From contig CAZQQX010000005.1 of NCBI GenBank assembly GCA_964595565.1, positions 8,353 through 72,352 of the forward strand: 64,000 bases of DNA, in the 5' to 3' direction. The notes beneath the pieces are model-generated. The model did not search any database and was not told the origin of the DNA. It saw only the letters and a list, made by a program, of their open reading frames with translations. The stretch comes from an uncultured Actinomycetota bacterium (lineage in GTDB: Bacteria > Actinomycetota > Humimicrobiia > Humimicrobiales > Humimicrobiaceae). Of the stretch, positions 29,691-39,488 are shown one piece after another. Position numbers and translations under genes: made by a program. Every line of letters starts with the position of its first letter. The stretch's first letter is position 1.

Positions 29691-31052
29691 ATGCTTGACC
29701 TTGGTAAAAAATTAAAAGACCTTTACAGAAATGGAAAGACCATAAGAATTGTTATAGCCGGTGTGGGGCAGATGGGGAAAAGTCTGATATCTCACCTGAG
29801 AGAACTGGATGGCATACAGGTTATTGCAGTAGCAAACAGGAATGCCGGGAGGATCATAGGCATTTTAAAAGAACTGGAAATAAATGATAATGAAATTGTA
29901 GTTGTTGAAAATAAGCGTGATATAGATTTAGATAAAAGCGATATAAATAAAATAAATATAAGAGATACCGGTCTGGATAAAAAAGTAAGGGAAAGATTAA
30001 ACCGGTTTGCAGGAGAAAATAAATTAATTGTGGCAGATGAACTTTCAATATTATTTGCTTTAGATAATACAGACATAGTTATAGATGCAACAGGCAATCC
30101 TGAAGCGGGTGCATTTATAGCATCAAATGCCATTGCTTCCCGGAAACATGTAGTAACTCTTAATGTGGAAACAGATGTCATCATAGGCCCGATATTAAAA
30201 AGGATGGCAGAGGATAGTGGTGTGGTATATACAGTTTCGGCAGGGGATGAACCGGCAGCCCTGAAGGAATTATACAATTTTGCATATGCGCTTGGTCTTG
30301 AAGTAGTTGCAGCCGGAAAAGGAAAGAACAATCCCCTGGACCGTTATGCAAACCCGTCCGTTCTCAGGGATTATGCAGAAAGCAAGGGCTCGAGCTCCAC
30401 TATGATGACCTCGTTTGTGGATGGAACAAAATCAATGATAGAAATGGCCTGTCTTTCAAATTCAACAGGACTGGTGCCGGACTGCAGGGGAATGCATGGC
30501 CCCGCGGCCAATATAAAAGATTTAACCGGGGTATTTAAATTAAAAAGCGATGGTGGAATCCTATCCAGGAAAGGAGTAGTAGATTTTGTAATTGGAGACC
30601 TTGCTCCCGGTGTTTTTCTTGTTTATTCAGCCAGGAATAAAATGGTAAGGGCTGACCTTAAATATCTTATGCTGGGAGAGGGACCATATTATCTTTTATA
30701 CAGGCCATATCATCTGACAAGTATTGAGACTCCTCTATCTATAGCACTGGCTTATTTTTATGGTGAGCCTACCATAACTCCCGAATCTGGCGTGGTTTCA
30801 GAAGTTATAACCGTAGCAAAAAAAGACCTCAGGGACGGGGATATAATTGACGGGATAGGAAAATATACGGTTTATGGACTTATTGATGAGTATAAAAAAG
30901 CAAAAAAAGAAAATCTGCTGCCCATTGGTCTGTCCGAAGGGTGCGTTTTAAAGAAAAATGTTGAGAAAGATGAGCCAATAAAATATAGTGATGTGAAATT
31001 AGTTGAAGATTCTCTGGTATTAAAACTCAGGAGAGCCCAGGATAAATTGTGA
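29691..31052 (+). CDS. NAD(P)-binding dehydrogenase with a C-terminal SAF domain (COG4091-like 'predicted homoserine dehydrogenase')
   Basis: Rossmann motif RIVIAGVGQMGKSL and a C-terminal SAF-like region; 453 aa. Confidence 0.45.
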   Translation: MLDLGKKLKDLYRNGKTIRIVIAGVGQMGKSLISHLRELDGIQVIAVANRNAGRIIGILKELEINDNEIVVVENKRDIDLDKSDINKINIRDTGLDKKVRERLNRFAGENKLIVADELSILFALDNTDIVIDATGNPEAGAFIASNAIASRKHVVTLNVETDVIIGPILKRMAEDSGVVYTVSAGDEPAALKELYNFAYALGLEVVAAGKGKNNPLDRYANPSVLRDYAESKGSSSTMMTSFVDGTKSMIEMACLSNSTGLVPDCRGMHGPAANIKDLTGVFKLKSDGGILSRKGVVDFVIGDLAPGVFLVYSARNKMVRADLKYLMLGEGPYYLLYRPYHLTSIETPLSIALAYFYGEPTITPESGVVSEVITVAKKDLRDGDIIDGIGKYTVYGLIDEYKKAKKENLLPIGLSEGCVLKKNVEKDEPIKYSDVKLVEDSLVLKLRRAQDKL

Positions 31053-31133
31053 TTGCCTGATTGTAAAAATGAAAAGCTTCAGATTGTTATTAAGGCTGGA
31101 ATTATTATCTTAGTAAAATAGAAGGAGTATTAT

Positions 31134-32180
31134 ATGCAGTTTTTCCTAAAAAAAGCAGGAGCAAGTGCAGGAGTAATTAGTATAATAAGCATATTTTTTA
31201 TAATCACATTTTTACTTCTGTCCATGGTATCCTGCAGGTATAAAACCATAGAAAGAATAGAAGAAACCAGAGAAATGATGGGGACATATGTAAGTATAAT
31301 TGTATATTCAGACCGGGAAACAGGGAACAGGGCAATAAATGCGGCGTTTGAAAGAATAGAGGAAATTGAAGATATAGCATCAATCTATGACCCTGAAAGC
31401 GAAGCTTCATTTTTAAATGAAAATGGTTATATCGAAAATCCTTCATCAGAGTTTCTGGAACTTATAAATACATCTATTGATTATTATACTCTGACCGGAG
31501 GCTGTTTTGATATAACCGTTCAGCCGCTGCTTGATTTATGGAGCGGTGGCCTGTGGGAAGAGAGTGAAGAAGTTCAGGAGCAAAGAATAGCCGAAACACT
31601 TGAGGTTACCGGTTCAGACAAAATTAGTGTAGGCGATAAGAAAATAGAATTCAGCGTAGAAGGGATGGCTGTCACACTTGGAGGTATTGCTAAAGGGTAT
31701 GCGGTTGATGAAGCCATAAAGAAAATAAAAGAGTCCGGTATTAATAGCTGTCTGGTTAATGCGGGGGGAGACATCTATGCAATGGGAGTCAAACCGGGCG
31801 AAGAGAAATGGGTGGTAGAACTTGAAAGCCCCGATGCAGGGGAAGATGATAATAATTCTGATAATAAACTTCTTTCTGTATTTTCTGTGGTTGACAGGGC
31901 GGTAACTACTTCCGGTGGTTATCACCGTTACTACGATACTGAAAAAAAAGTTCACCATATAATGGATCCAAGAACAGGTTATTCAGCAGCAGGTTGCAGA
32001 AGTGTAACAATAATATCCGACAGTTGTACCGGGGCTGATATTCTGGCCACTTCTATCTTTGTGATGGGTCCGGAGGATGGTTTAGAGCTAATTGAATCAC
32101 TTGATAATGTTGAAGCATTCATCATGGATTCAGAGGGTAAAGTTCACGAATCTTCTGGACTTTTGGAATATATTGAGTAA
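31134..32180 (+). CDS. apbE: FAD:protein FMN transferase ApbE (lipoprotein)
   Basis: Signal peptide plus Cys; ApbE blocks (YDPESEAS, GIAKGYAVDEA, NAGGDIYAMG). Located upstream of rnf. Confidence 0.8.
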   Translation: MQFFLKKAGASAGVISIISIFFIITFLLLSMVSCRYKTIERIEETREMMGTYVSIIVYSDRETGNRAINAAFERIEEIEDIASIYDPESEASFLNENGYIENPSSEFLELINTSIDYYTLTGGCFDITVQPLLDLWSGGLWEESEEVQEQRIAETLEVTGSDKISVGDKKIEFSVEGMAVTLGGIAKGYAVDEAIKKIKESGINSCLVNAGGDIYAMGVKPGEEKWVVELESPDAGEDDNNSDNKLLSVFSVVDRAVTTSGGYHRYYDTEKKVHHIMDPRTGYSAAGCRSVTIISDSCTGADILATSIFVMGPEDGLELIESLDNVEAFIMDSEGKVHESSGLLEYIE

Positions 32181-32216
32181 AATTACCTATATCCTTTTAC
32201 TTTTTAAAATTGTTAG

Positions 32217-33572
32217 ATGAATATAGTTGTAAGAAAAAAAAGTGCATTTAAAGGCTTATCTCTGCCTGAAAATAAAACTACTGCTGAAAAATCCATAGAA
32301 GTTTTACTGCCCCCGGAAGAAGTGGTTATAACTGTTCAGCAGAGTATCGGTGCCATTCCTGAATTTGTGGTAGAAAAGGGAGATATGGTAAAAACAGGTC
32401 AGAAAATAGCTGATTCTAAAAGCTATGTCTCTTCTCCCGTGCATTCTTCAATTTCGGGTAAGGTATCTAAAATAATGAATATGGTAAATCCGGTAACCAG
32501 CGGTGTAATAAAAGCAGCATTAATAAAATCGGATGGGGAAGATTCATGGATTGAATTTAATAAGCTTTTTGATATTCAAAAGTCAGAAGATTTTAGTAAA
32601 TTAAAGGGCATAATAGATAGTATTGACAGGAAAGAAATACTGGGGAAAGTCAGGGAAGCGGGTATTGTTGGAATGGGGGGAGCAACATTTCCGACACATG
32701 TAAAGTTAAATCCGCCTCCGGATAAAAAAATTGAAACCCTTATATTAAATGGCTGTGAGTGTGAGCCTTTTATAACCTCCGACCACAGAATCATGCTTGA
32801 AAACGGCAGTGAAATTCTGATGGGTCTCTATATTATTAATAAATTACTTTTGCCCCGGGATATTTATATAGGTATAGAAGATAATAAAAAAGACGCAATA
32901 GAACATCTGGAAAAACTTATAATAGAGATGGGCTTTAGTAATCTATTCAAGATAGTCTCACTAAAATCAAAATATCCCATGGGTGCGGAAAAATTACTGA
33001 TTAAAACCATAACAGGCAGGGCTGTTCCTATAGGCGGTCTTCCGATGGATGTGGGAGTTATTGTAAGCAATGTCGCAACTGCTAAATCAATATATGATGC
33101 CGTGATTGAGGGTAAGCCTCTGATAGAGAGGGTGGTAACCGTAACCGGGAGAGTTATAAATCCTAAAAACTTAAGAGTGAGGCTGGGTACGGTTATTGGC
33201 TCACTTATAGAAAAATGCGGGGGATTCAGAGGTGAGGTAAATTGCCTGGTCTGCGGCGGACCTATGATGGGTATTTCTATTGTAGATACTGATTTTCCTG
33301 TAACCAAGGGAACAAATTGCGTGCTGGTTGAAAAAAGGAGAATTCAAGATGAACAAAATTGCATAAATTGTGGAAGGTGTGTTGATATATGCCCCATGAA
33401 CCTTATGCCTCTGGTATATGTAAGGAATGCAAAGAGCGAAAACTTTGAAGGCTGTATGGAATATCATATAAATAACTGTATTGAATGTGGTGCCTGTGCT
33501 TATGTTTGTCCTGCCAATATTCCAATTGTCGGGTATATAAAAACCTGTAAAAGTATTCTGGCAAAGAAATAA
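32217..33572 (+). CDS. rnfC: Rnf electron transport complex subunit C
   Basis: GMGGATFPTHVKL NAD/FMN-binding region and two CxxCxxCxxxCP ferredoxin motifs at the C-terminus. Confidence 0.85.
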   Translation: MNIVVRKKSAFKGLSLPENKTTAEKSIEVLLPPEEVVITVQQSIGAIPEFVVEKGDMVKTGQKIADSKSYVSSPVHSSISGKVSKIMNMVNPVTSGVIKAALIKSDGEDSWIEFNKLFDIQKSEDFSKLKGIIDSIDRKEILGKVREAGIVGMGGATFPTHVKLNPPPDKKIETLILNGCECEPFITSDHRIMLENGSEILMGLYIINKLLLPRDIYIGIEDNKKDAIEHLEKLIIEMGFSNLFKIVSLKSKYPMGAEKLLIKTITGRAVPIGGLPMDVGVIVSNVATAKSIYDAVIEGKPLIERVVTVTGRVINPKNLRVRLGTVIGSLIEKCGGFRGEVNCLVCGGPMMGISIVDTDFPVTKGTNCVLVEKRRIQDEQNCINCGRCVDICPMNLMPLVYVRNAKSENFEGCMEYHINNCIECGACAYVCPANIPIVGYIKTCKSILAKK

Positions 33573-33597
33573 AGTTTTAAATAATAATAGGAGCAGA

Positions 33598-34545
33598 GTG
33601 GAAGAGAATAAAATATTAATATCCCATGCGCCCCATATTTGGAAGGGGTTTTCAACAAGTAAGATAATGTATATAGTGGTGATTGCTCTCCTTTTTCCTT
33701 CAGCTGCTGCTATTTATTTTTTTGGCTACTATGCAATTTATTTAATGCTGGCAGGCACAATAACCGCTGTACTTACTGAATTTATAATAAAAAAACTCAG
33801 AAAAAAAAGATTTATTATGGACGGGAGCGCCGTGATTACAGGTCTTCTCTTTGCGCTTACTCTTCCCCCACGGTTTCCTGTATGGATGGCTGTTATTGGT
33901 TCTTTTTTTGCTATTGCTGTTGCAAAGGAAGCTTTCGGTGGTCTGGGATACAATATATTTAATCCGGCTCTGGTTGGAAGAGCATTTCTGTCTGTTTGCT
34001 TCCCAGAAGAAATGACCGCCTGGGTTCTTCCTACTTATTTTAATTATGATGCTATAACAGGAGCCACTCCGCTGGCTGATAATTTTACTTACCAGTCTGA
34101 TAAAATTAGTTTATATAAAGATTTATTTTTCGGGAACACAGGAGGCTCACTGGGTGAAACCTCGGCAATGCTTATACTGATAGGGGCATTGATTCTTTTA
34201 ATATTCCGGATAATAGACTGGAGGATACCGGTATTTTATATTGGGACTGTAGCCCTGGGCTCGCTTTTAATGGGCAAGGATGTATTGTTCCAGATGCTGG
34301 CCGGAGGGCTGATGATAGGCGCATTTTTTATGGCTACCGATTATGTAACTTCACCTGTGACCAGAAACGGAAGGATAATATTCGGGATAGGATTGGGAGT
34401 ATTGACTGTACTTATAAGGAATTTTAGCAATTTATCGGAAGGAGTTGCTTTTTCCATACTTATTATGAATGCATTTGCTCCCCTCATTGATAAATATATA
34501 AGAGTGAAACCATTTGGTTTTTATAAGAAGAAGAAAAATGCTTAA
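33598..34545 (+). CDS. rnfD: Rnf complex subunit D
   Basis: Polytopic membrane protein; the FMN attachment region ATDYVTSP is conserved in RnfD/NqrB. Confidence 0.8.
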   Translation: MEENKILISHAPHIWKGFSTSKIMYIVVIALLFPSAAAIYFFGYYAIYLMLAGTITAVLTEFIIKKLRKKRFIMDGSAVITGLLFALTLPPRFPVWMAVIGSFFAIAVAKEAFGGLGYNIFNPALVGRAFLSVCFPEEMTAWVLPTYFNYDAITGATPLADNFTYQSDKISLYKDLFFGNTGGSLGETSAMLILIGALILLIFRIIDWRIPVFYIGTVALGSLLMGKDVLFQMLAGGLMIGAFFMATDYVTSPVTRNGRIIFGIGLGVLTVLIRNFSNLSEGVAFSILIMNAFAPLIDKYIRVKPFGFYKKKKNA

Positions 34546-35071
34546 AAAATTTTTATCAAATAAAGCATATCCGGTAATTTTTTTAGCAGTAATTGTTATA
34601 ATTTCTGTAAGTCTCCTGATGGCAATTAATAGTTTAACCTCTTCTATAATTGAAATGAGAAAGACTGAAGAGATAAAAGGTGTTCTTGAAGTCGTTTTTC
34701 CTGAAATGAGCGGGTACGAAACTGAAGATGATATATATATTATATATAAAGGTGGAGAAAAAGTCGGTTACGCTTTTACAGCATACGGCAGCGGATATGG
34801 TGGAGAAATTGAAATTCTGGTAGGTCTGGATAACAGTTTTAAGATCAGCGGGGTATCAATAATTTCACAGACTGAAACTCCGGGTCTCGGGGCAAGAATA
34901 ACCGAAGATTCTTTTACTGACCAGTTTAAGGGTATGTCTGTAAATGAAATCGGCCTTAAATCGGAAAATGGTAAGATTGATGCCATAACAGGAGCTACTA
35001 TAAGCTCGACAGCCGTTGTGGATGCAATCCGTGATGGAATGACCGGGGTGCTGGATAAAATGGAAAGATAA
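34514..35071 (+). CDS. rnfG: Rnf complex subunit G (FMN-binding)
   Basis: N-terminal TM anchor and the FMN-binding motif ITGATISS; overlaps the end of rnfD. Confidence 0.8.
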   Translation: MVFIRRRKMLKKFLSNKAYPVIFLAVIVIISVSLLMAINSLTSSIIEMRKTEEIKGVLEVVFPEMSGYETEDDIYIIYKGGEKVGYAFTAYGSGYGGEIEILVGLDNSFKISGVSIISQTETPGLGARITEDSFTDQFKGMSVNEIGLKSENGKIDAITGATISSTAVVDAIRDGMTGVLDKMER

Positions 35072-35138
35072 TGTGATGGGTAAATTGATTTATCATATAC
35101 TAATAATAAAAATAGTATGAAAATTATAGATTACGGAG

Positions 35139-35798
35139 ATGAATAATATAAGTAAAAATGAAATAGGGTTAAAAGAGGGGAGCGCCAGAGGATTCTGGAA
35201 AGAGCTAATTAAAGGAGTTATTCTATCAAATCCCGTTTTTGTGCTTGCTCTTGGCCTCTGCCCTACTCTAGCAATAACAAATTCTTTAACCAACGCTATC
35301 GGAATGAGCGCGGGTGTAATATTTGTCCTTCTCTGTTCAAATATTATAATTTCCATTATAAGGAAAGCGACACCCCCTCTGGTAAGAATTCCGGTGTTTA
35401 TAGTTGTAATTGCCACCTTTGTAACTATTCTAAGCCTGGTGTTTGAGGCATACTTGCCGCCACTTTATGAATCGCTGGGAATTTACTTACCTCTTATTGT
35501 AGTGAATTGCATTATCCTGGGAAGAGCGGAGGCGTTTGCTTCCAAAAACCCGGTGCTTCTTTCTATTGCTGATGGACTGGGCATTGGACTGGGTTTTACT
35601 ACTGCTCTTATAATAATTTCTTTTATAAGGGAAATTCTGGGTACCGGAGGGCTTGTGGTGTTTGGAAAAGAGCTATTCAAACTTCCGGGTTTATCTTCAT
35701 ATCCGCTAAGTATTTTTGTTTCTCCGCCGGGAGCTTTCCTGGTAATAGGAATTATACTGGCATTATTAAGATTGCTGGGGGTGATAAAGAGTGAATAA
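35139..35798 (+). CDS. rnfE: Rnf complex subunit E
   Basis: RnfA/RnfE/NqrDE family six-TM protein; it is the first of the A/E pair. Confidence 0.75.
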   Translation: MNNISKNEIGLKEGSARGFWKELIKGVILSNPVFVLALGLCPTLAITNSLTNAIGMSAGVIFVLLCSNIIISIIRKATPPLVRIPVFIVVIATFVTILSLVFEAYLPPLYESLGIYLPLIVVNCIILGRAEAFASKNPVLLSIADGLGIGLGFTTALIIISFIREILGTGGLVVFGKELFKLPGLSSYPLSIFVSPPGAFLVIGIILALLRLLGVIKSE

Positions 35799-36366
35799 TC
35801 TTTTAACCATATTTATAGCTATGGTTCTGGTAAATAACATGGTTCTGGCTAAATTCCTGGGGCTGTGTCCTTTTTTTGGTGTGTCAAAAAAATTATCAAA
35901 TGCCTTCAGCATGGGGATAGCGGTAACGCTGGTAATGCTAATCGCATCGGTCTCAACTGCGGTTATTTATAAATATATCCTGGTGCCCTATGAAGTGGAA
36001 TTTATGAACATTGTCATATATATACTTGTTATAGCTTCACTGGTGCAGATAGTGGAGCTGATAATCAGGCGGACTAATATAATACTGTACAATGCGCTGG
36101 GGATATATTTACCCCTTATTACGACAAATTGTGCTGTTCTTGGCATAACACTTATAAATTCAACGGAAGGATATTCAATTTTAGAAAGCGTTGTGAATGC
36201 CCTGGGAGCAGGTGTTGGTTTTACTCTTGTGCTTATTATTATGTCCGGAATAAGGGAGAAGCTTGATCTTTCTGATACACCAAGATCCATGAAGGGTTTG
36301 CCGGTAGCATTTTTAACTGCAGCGCTTCTGGCACTGGCATTTTCAGGATTTAGCGGTCTGGTATAA
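35791..36366 (+). CDS. rnfA: Rnf complex subunit A
   Basis: RnfA/NqrE-type six-TM protein; overlaps the rnfE stop. Confidence 0.75.
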   Translation: MNNLLTIFIAMVLVNNMVLAKFLGLCPFFGVSKKLSNAFSMGIAVTLVMLIASVSTAVIYKYILVPYEVEFMNIVIYILVIASLVQIVELIIRRTNIILYNALGIYLPLITTNCAVLGITLINSTEGYSILESVVNALGAGVGFTLVLIIMSGIREKLDLSDTPRSMKGLPVAFLTAALLALAFSGFSGLV

Positions 36367-36431
36367 ATAAAAATGGTAAAAAAATTTTATATTAATTATT
36401 AAATGTTTTTGGATTATTTATTAAATAAATT

Positions 36432-37316
36432 ATGAATGTAAGTTTAATTATTCTAATTTTGAGCTCTATAGGTATTATATGCGGGATTCTGATTTTTATA
36501 GTAAATAGATTTTTACCAGAAGAGCCCGGTTCGCTCAAAAGAGCCGAGGAAATATCAAAGTATTTGCCGGGAGCAAACTGTGGTGCATGCGGGTATCCCG
36601 GGTGCTTTGCTTATGCGCAGGCACTGGCTGAAGATAAGAATATTTTTACCACCAGCCCCTGTGCGGTGGCATTACAGGATCCTGCCATGCTTGAAGGTCT
36701 GGAAAAAGTACTGGATATGAAATTGGATTCTTCAGCAGTTAAGAAAAAGGCAGTGGTGCGCTGTTACGGTAATTCAGAATTAATTGGTAATTATACAGGA
36801 ATTAAAACCTGCAAGGCTGCATCAGGGCTTATAGGCGGGTTTAAGAAGTGTCCTTACGCTTGCCTCGGCCTGGGTGATTGTGTTGAAGCCTGTCCCTTTA
36901 ATGCTATATCCATTGATAGAAAAATGAATGTAGCGGTGGTGAACCCGGACAAGTGCACAGGCTGTGGTATTTGCGTGGAAGTATGCCCTGTGAATGTAAT
37001 AGAACTCGTACCTGCGGATTCAAAAATAGTTTATCTATGCAACTATCAGCCCATTAGAAATATACCCGGCAGGGAAAGATGTGATAGAGGCTGCATACAC
37101 TGCAAAAAATGTTTTAAAGCCTGTGATTATGACGCCATAATCTGGAATGAAGAAAGAGCTATACCTGAATTTGATTTAGAAAAGTGTACTCTCTGCGGGG
37201 AATGTGTTAAGGCATGTCCGACCAACACCCTGCTGGAGATGTTCAATATAAAATCAAAACTGAAAAAAAATGCTCCCGGGGATGAAAGAAAACCTGTCAC
37301 TCTTGAGAAAGAATAA
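36432..37316 (+). CDS. rnfB: Rnf complex subunit B (polyferredoxin)
   Basis: N-terminal TM anchor, the Cys cluster CGACGYPGC, and several CxxCxxCxxxCP motifs. Confidence 0.8.
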   Translation: MNVSLIILILSSIGIICGILIFIVNRFLPEEPGSLKRAEEISKYLPGANCGACGYPGCFAYAQALAEDKNIFTTSPCAVALQDPAMLEGLEKVLDMKLDSSAVKKKAVVRCYGNSELIGNYTGIKTCKAASGLIGGFKKCPYACLGLGDCVEACPFNAISIDRKMNVAVVNPDKCTGCGICVEVCPVNVIELVPADSKIVYLCNYQPIRNIPGRERCDRGCIHCKKCFKACDYDAIIWNEERAIPEFDLEKCTLCGECVKACPTNTLLEMFNIKSKLKKNAPGDERKPVTLEKE

Positions 37317-37321
37317 AAATA

Positions 37322-39454
37322 TTATAACTCGAATCTTTTATACCCGCCCTTTTCAAATTTTTCCCCGGCTCTGTCAAATAAACCTTTAATGTGATTATCC
37401 ATGGTTAAATAAATTATCTGCCAGCCTTTTTCTGCAATTTCTACAAGTTTACCTATTATAATTTCACGTTTTTCCCAATCTGAATGCTGGAATGCATCAT
37501 CAAGAATTAAAAAGAGAGAGTCTTTTTTTAATAATTTTCTGGTAAAGCCAATTCTTAATGCAAGCATTACCTGCTCTATTGCTCCGGTGCTCAGGTCTTT
37601 AATATTAAAATTATCATAGGGGTCTGAAACAACAAGGTCGTCGTTATCAAGATAAATAGCATTGTATCTTCTGGTTATATCTTTTAAGGGGACAGTAGTT
37701 TCTGACTGCAGACCTTCTCTTATTTTTTCATCTTCTTCTTTGCGTAAACTGGAAATAACTTTATGAATTATAGAGCCTGCTATGATAGTGGCCGAGCTAT
37801 CTTTAAGTTCATTTATAACCCTCTCTTTTTCCTTCTGTAAATTATCTATTAATTTTTCCCAGCTGATGCTCAACTCGTCGCTGGTTTTATTGCAGATTTT
37901 TTGCTTCAGGTTTTGCATGCCATCTTCCTGTTCTTTAATTTGTTGCTGGACAAGCTCGAGCTCTTTTTGCGTTTTTTCATATTTTTCCCGGCTGTATGTG
38001 ATGTCTACATCCTCGTAAACATAGTCTTCTTCAGATACATTGAGTTTAATTAATCCTTCTTTCTCGCTTTCAGTCTGGTTCCTTATATTAAGATTAATCT
38101 GCTTTAGCTCATTAATAATGTTATCCCAGTCTTCTTCGGTTATATCTTTCTGCCAGAGTTTTTTTATTTCCTGATTAATAAGAAAATGATTCTTATCCAT
38201 TCCATCTCTAAGAGGATTAATCTGCTTTTCTATTGCAAGCATTCTGCTTCTATGTTCTCTCTGCTCATTTAAATTTGATTCAAGAAGTGATATGTCCGTA
38301 AGGATTTCTCCTGTCCTTTTTTTAAATTCTTCTCTGATTTTATCTAACTCCTTATTCTGTCCCGCTTTATTTAAATAACTATTTAGTTTTCTAAAATATA
38401 GAAGCGAAGATATAAATAAGCCCAGAAAGCAGAGGAATATAATTGCAAGATATAAAGGCAGTATAGAAGCAGAGATTTTCTGGTATAGGAAGATTATTAT
38501 TGCAGAAAAAGTTATCCCGGCTGCTGCAAAAAGACCGCAAAGGGAAGGTAGAAATTTGCCCGGTTTATTTATGATTTTTGATAATAAGTCTTTGTACTGG
38601 GATAGTGCGCTTTCAAGCCAGTTAAAATCCTTACTCTTATCAGATGAGTCTTTGTAATCTTCTTTCAACTGGTTTAAATATAATTTATTATTTCTATATA
38701 TTGAAATTTCTTTTTCTATATTATTTAATTCGTTTTCGGGAACCCTGGATAATTTTACATTTAATTTTTTAATTTTTTCTGAAATTGAATATGCAAGTCG
38801 CCTTTTGGCCAGGCCAAGTACGGAAAGTTTATCCTGGAGGTTTTTTTCTTTTAGTTTAAATGTTTTTAATATTCCACGGGTATAGCCTGATTCTATTTTC
38901 TCGAATAAATTTTCGATATCACCCAGGTCTTTTTTGATGTTATTGTATGTTTTACCTTCACCCACATTGTTTATTATGATATGGCTGTTATCAATTTCTG
39001 CCGATTTTATGGTTTTAGAAATGTTTGTGTCGCTATCAATTTTATCAAGTATATTTATTCCTGATAACACTTCTTTGATAAGGAATTTGCTTACCCCCAT
39101 CCCGTCTTCTATACCGGCTTCTCCTCCTCTTACTACAAGAAGCTTTGGCATGGACAGAGGGAGTCCCTTTTCGCTTTTTTCCCAGTAATCTTCAAGCTTT
39201 TCCGGAGAAGAAGGTGTAAAATCAATGGATTTTTTATTATCCAGTCCCTTTATGGTTACCTTTCCTTTCCCTCCGGTCCTTATATAACTCCAGCGGCTTA
39301 TATTCCTGAAAAGGGAGCGTATAATGAATTCGGTAAAGAAAGTCTTTCCCCTCTCATTTTTGCTGTATATAAGGTTAAATATACTGAAATCAGCGCTGAA
39401 GTTATCTATTGGCCCGAGGTCTTTTACTGATATTCTGTCAATTGAAACTCCCAT
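37322..39454 (-). CDS. SbcC-like SMC-family ATPase with a central membrane hairpin (YhaN/SbcE-like)
   Basis: N-terminal Walker A KNERGKT, long coiled-coil, two adjacent hydrophobic helices at about residues 300-350, and a C-terminal Walker B/D-loop LILDDAFQHSD. Confidence 0.65.
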   Translation of the reverse strand: MGVSIDRISVKDLGPIDNFSADFSIFNLIYSKNERGKTFFTEFIIRSLFRNISRWSYIRTGGKGKVTIKGLDNKKSIDFTPSSPEKLEDYWEKSEKGLPLSMPKLLVVRGGEAGIEDGMGVSKFLIKEVLSGINILDKIDSDTNISKTIKSAEIDNSHIIINNVGEGKTYNNIKKDLGDIENLFEKIESGYTRGILKTFKLKEKNLQDKLSVLGLAKRRLAYSISEKIKKLNVKLSRVPENELNNIEKEISIYRNNKLYLNQLKEDYKDSSDKSKDFNWLESALSQYKDLLSKIINKPGKFLPSLCGLFAAAGITFSAIIIFLYQKISASILPLYLAIIFLCFLGLFISSLLYFRKLNSYLNKAGQNKELDKIREEFKKRTGEILTDISLLESNLNEQREHRSRMLAIEKQINPLRDGMDKNHFLINQEIKKLWQKDITEEDWDNIINELKQINLNIRNQTESEKEGLIKLNVSEEDYVYEDVDITYSREKYEKTQKELELVQQQIKEQEDGMQNLKQKICNKTSDELSISWEKLIDNLQKEKERVINELKDSSATIIAGSIIHKVISSLRKEEDEKIREGLQSETTVPLKDITRRYNAIYLDNDDLVVSDPYDNFNIKDLSTGAIEQVMLALRIGFTRKLLKKDSLFLILDDAFQHSDWEKREIIIGKLVEIAEKGWQIIYLTMDNHIKGLFDRAGEKFEKGGYKRFEL

Positions 39455-39488
39455 GTATATTCCTTAATTATTAAGTCTGTTAAAAATA

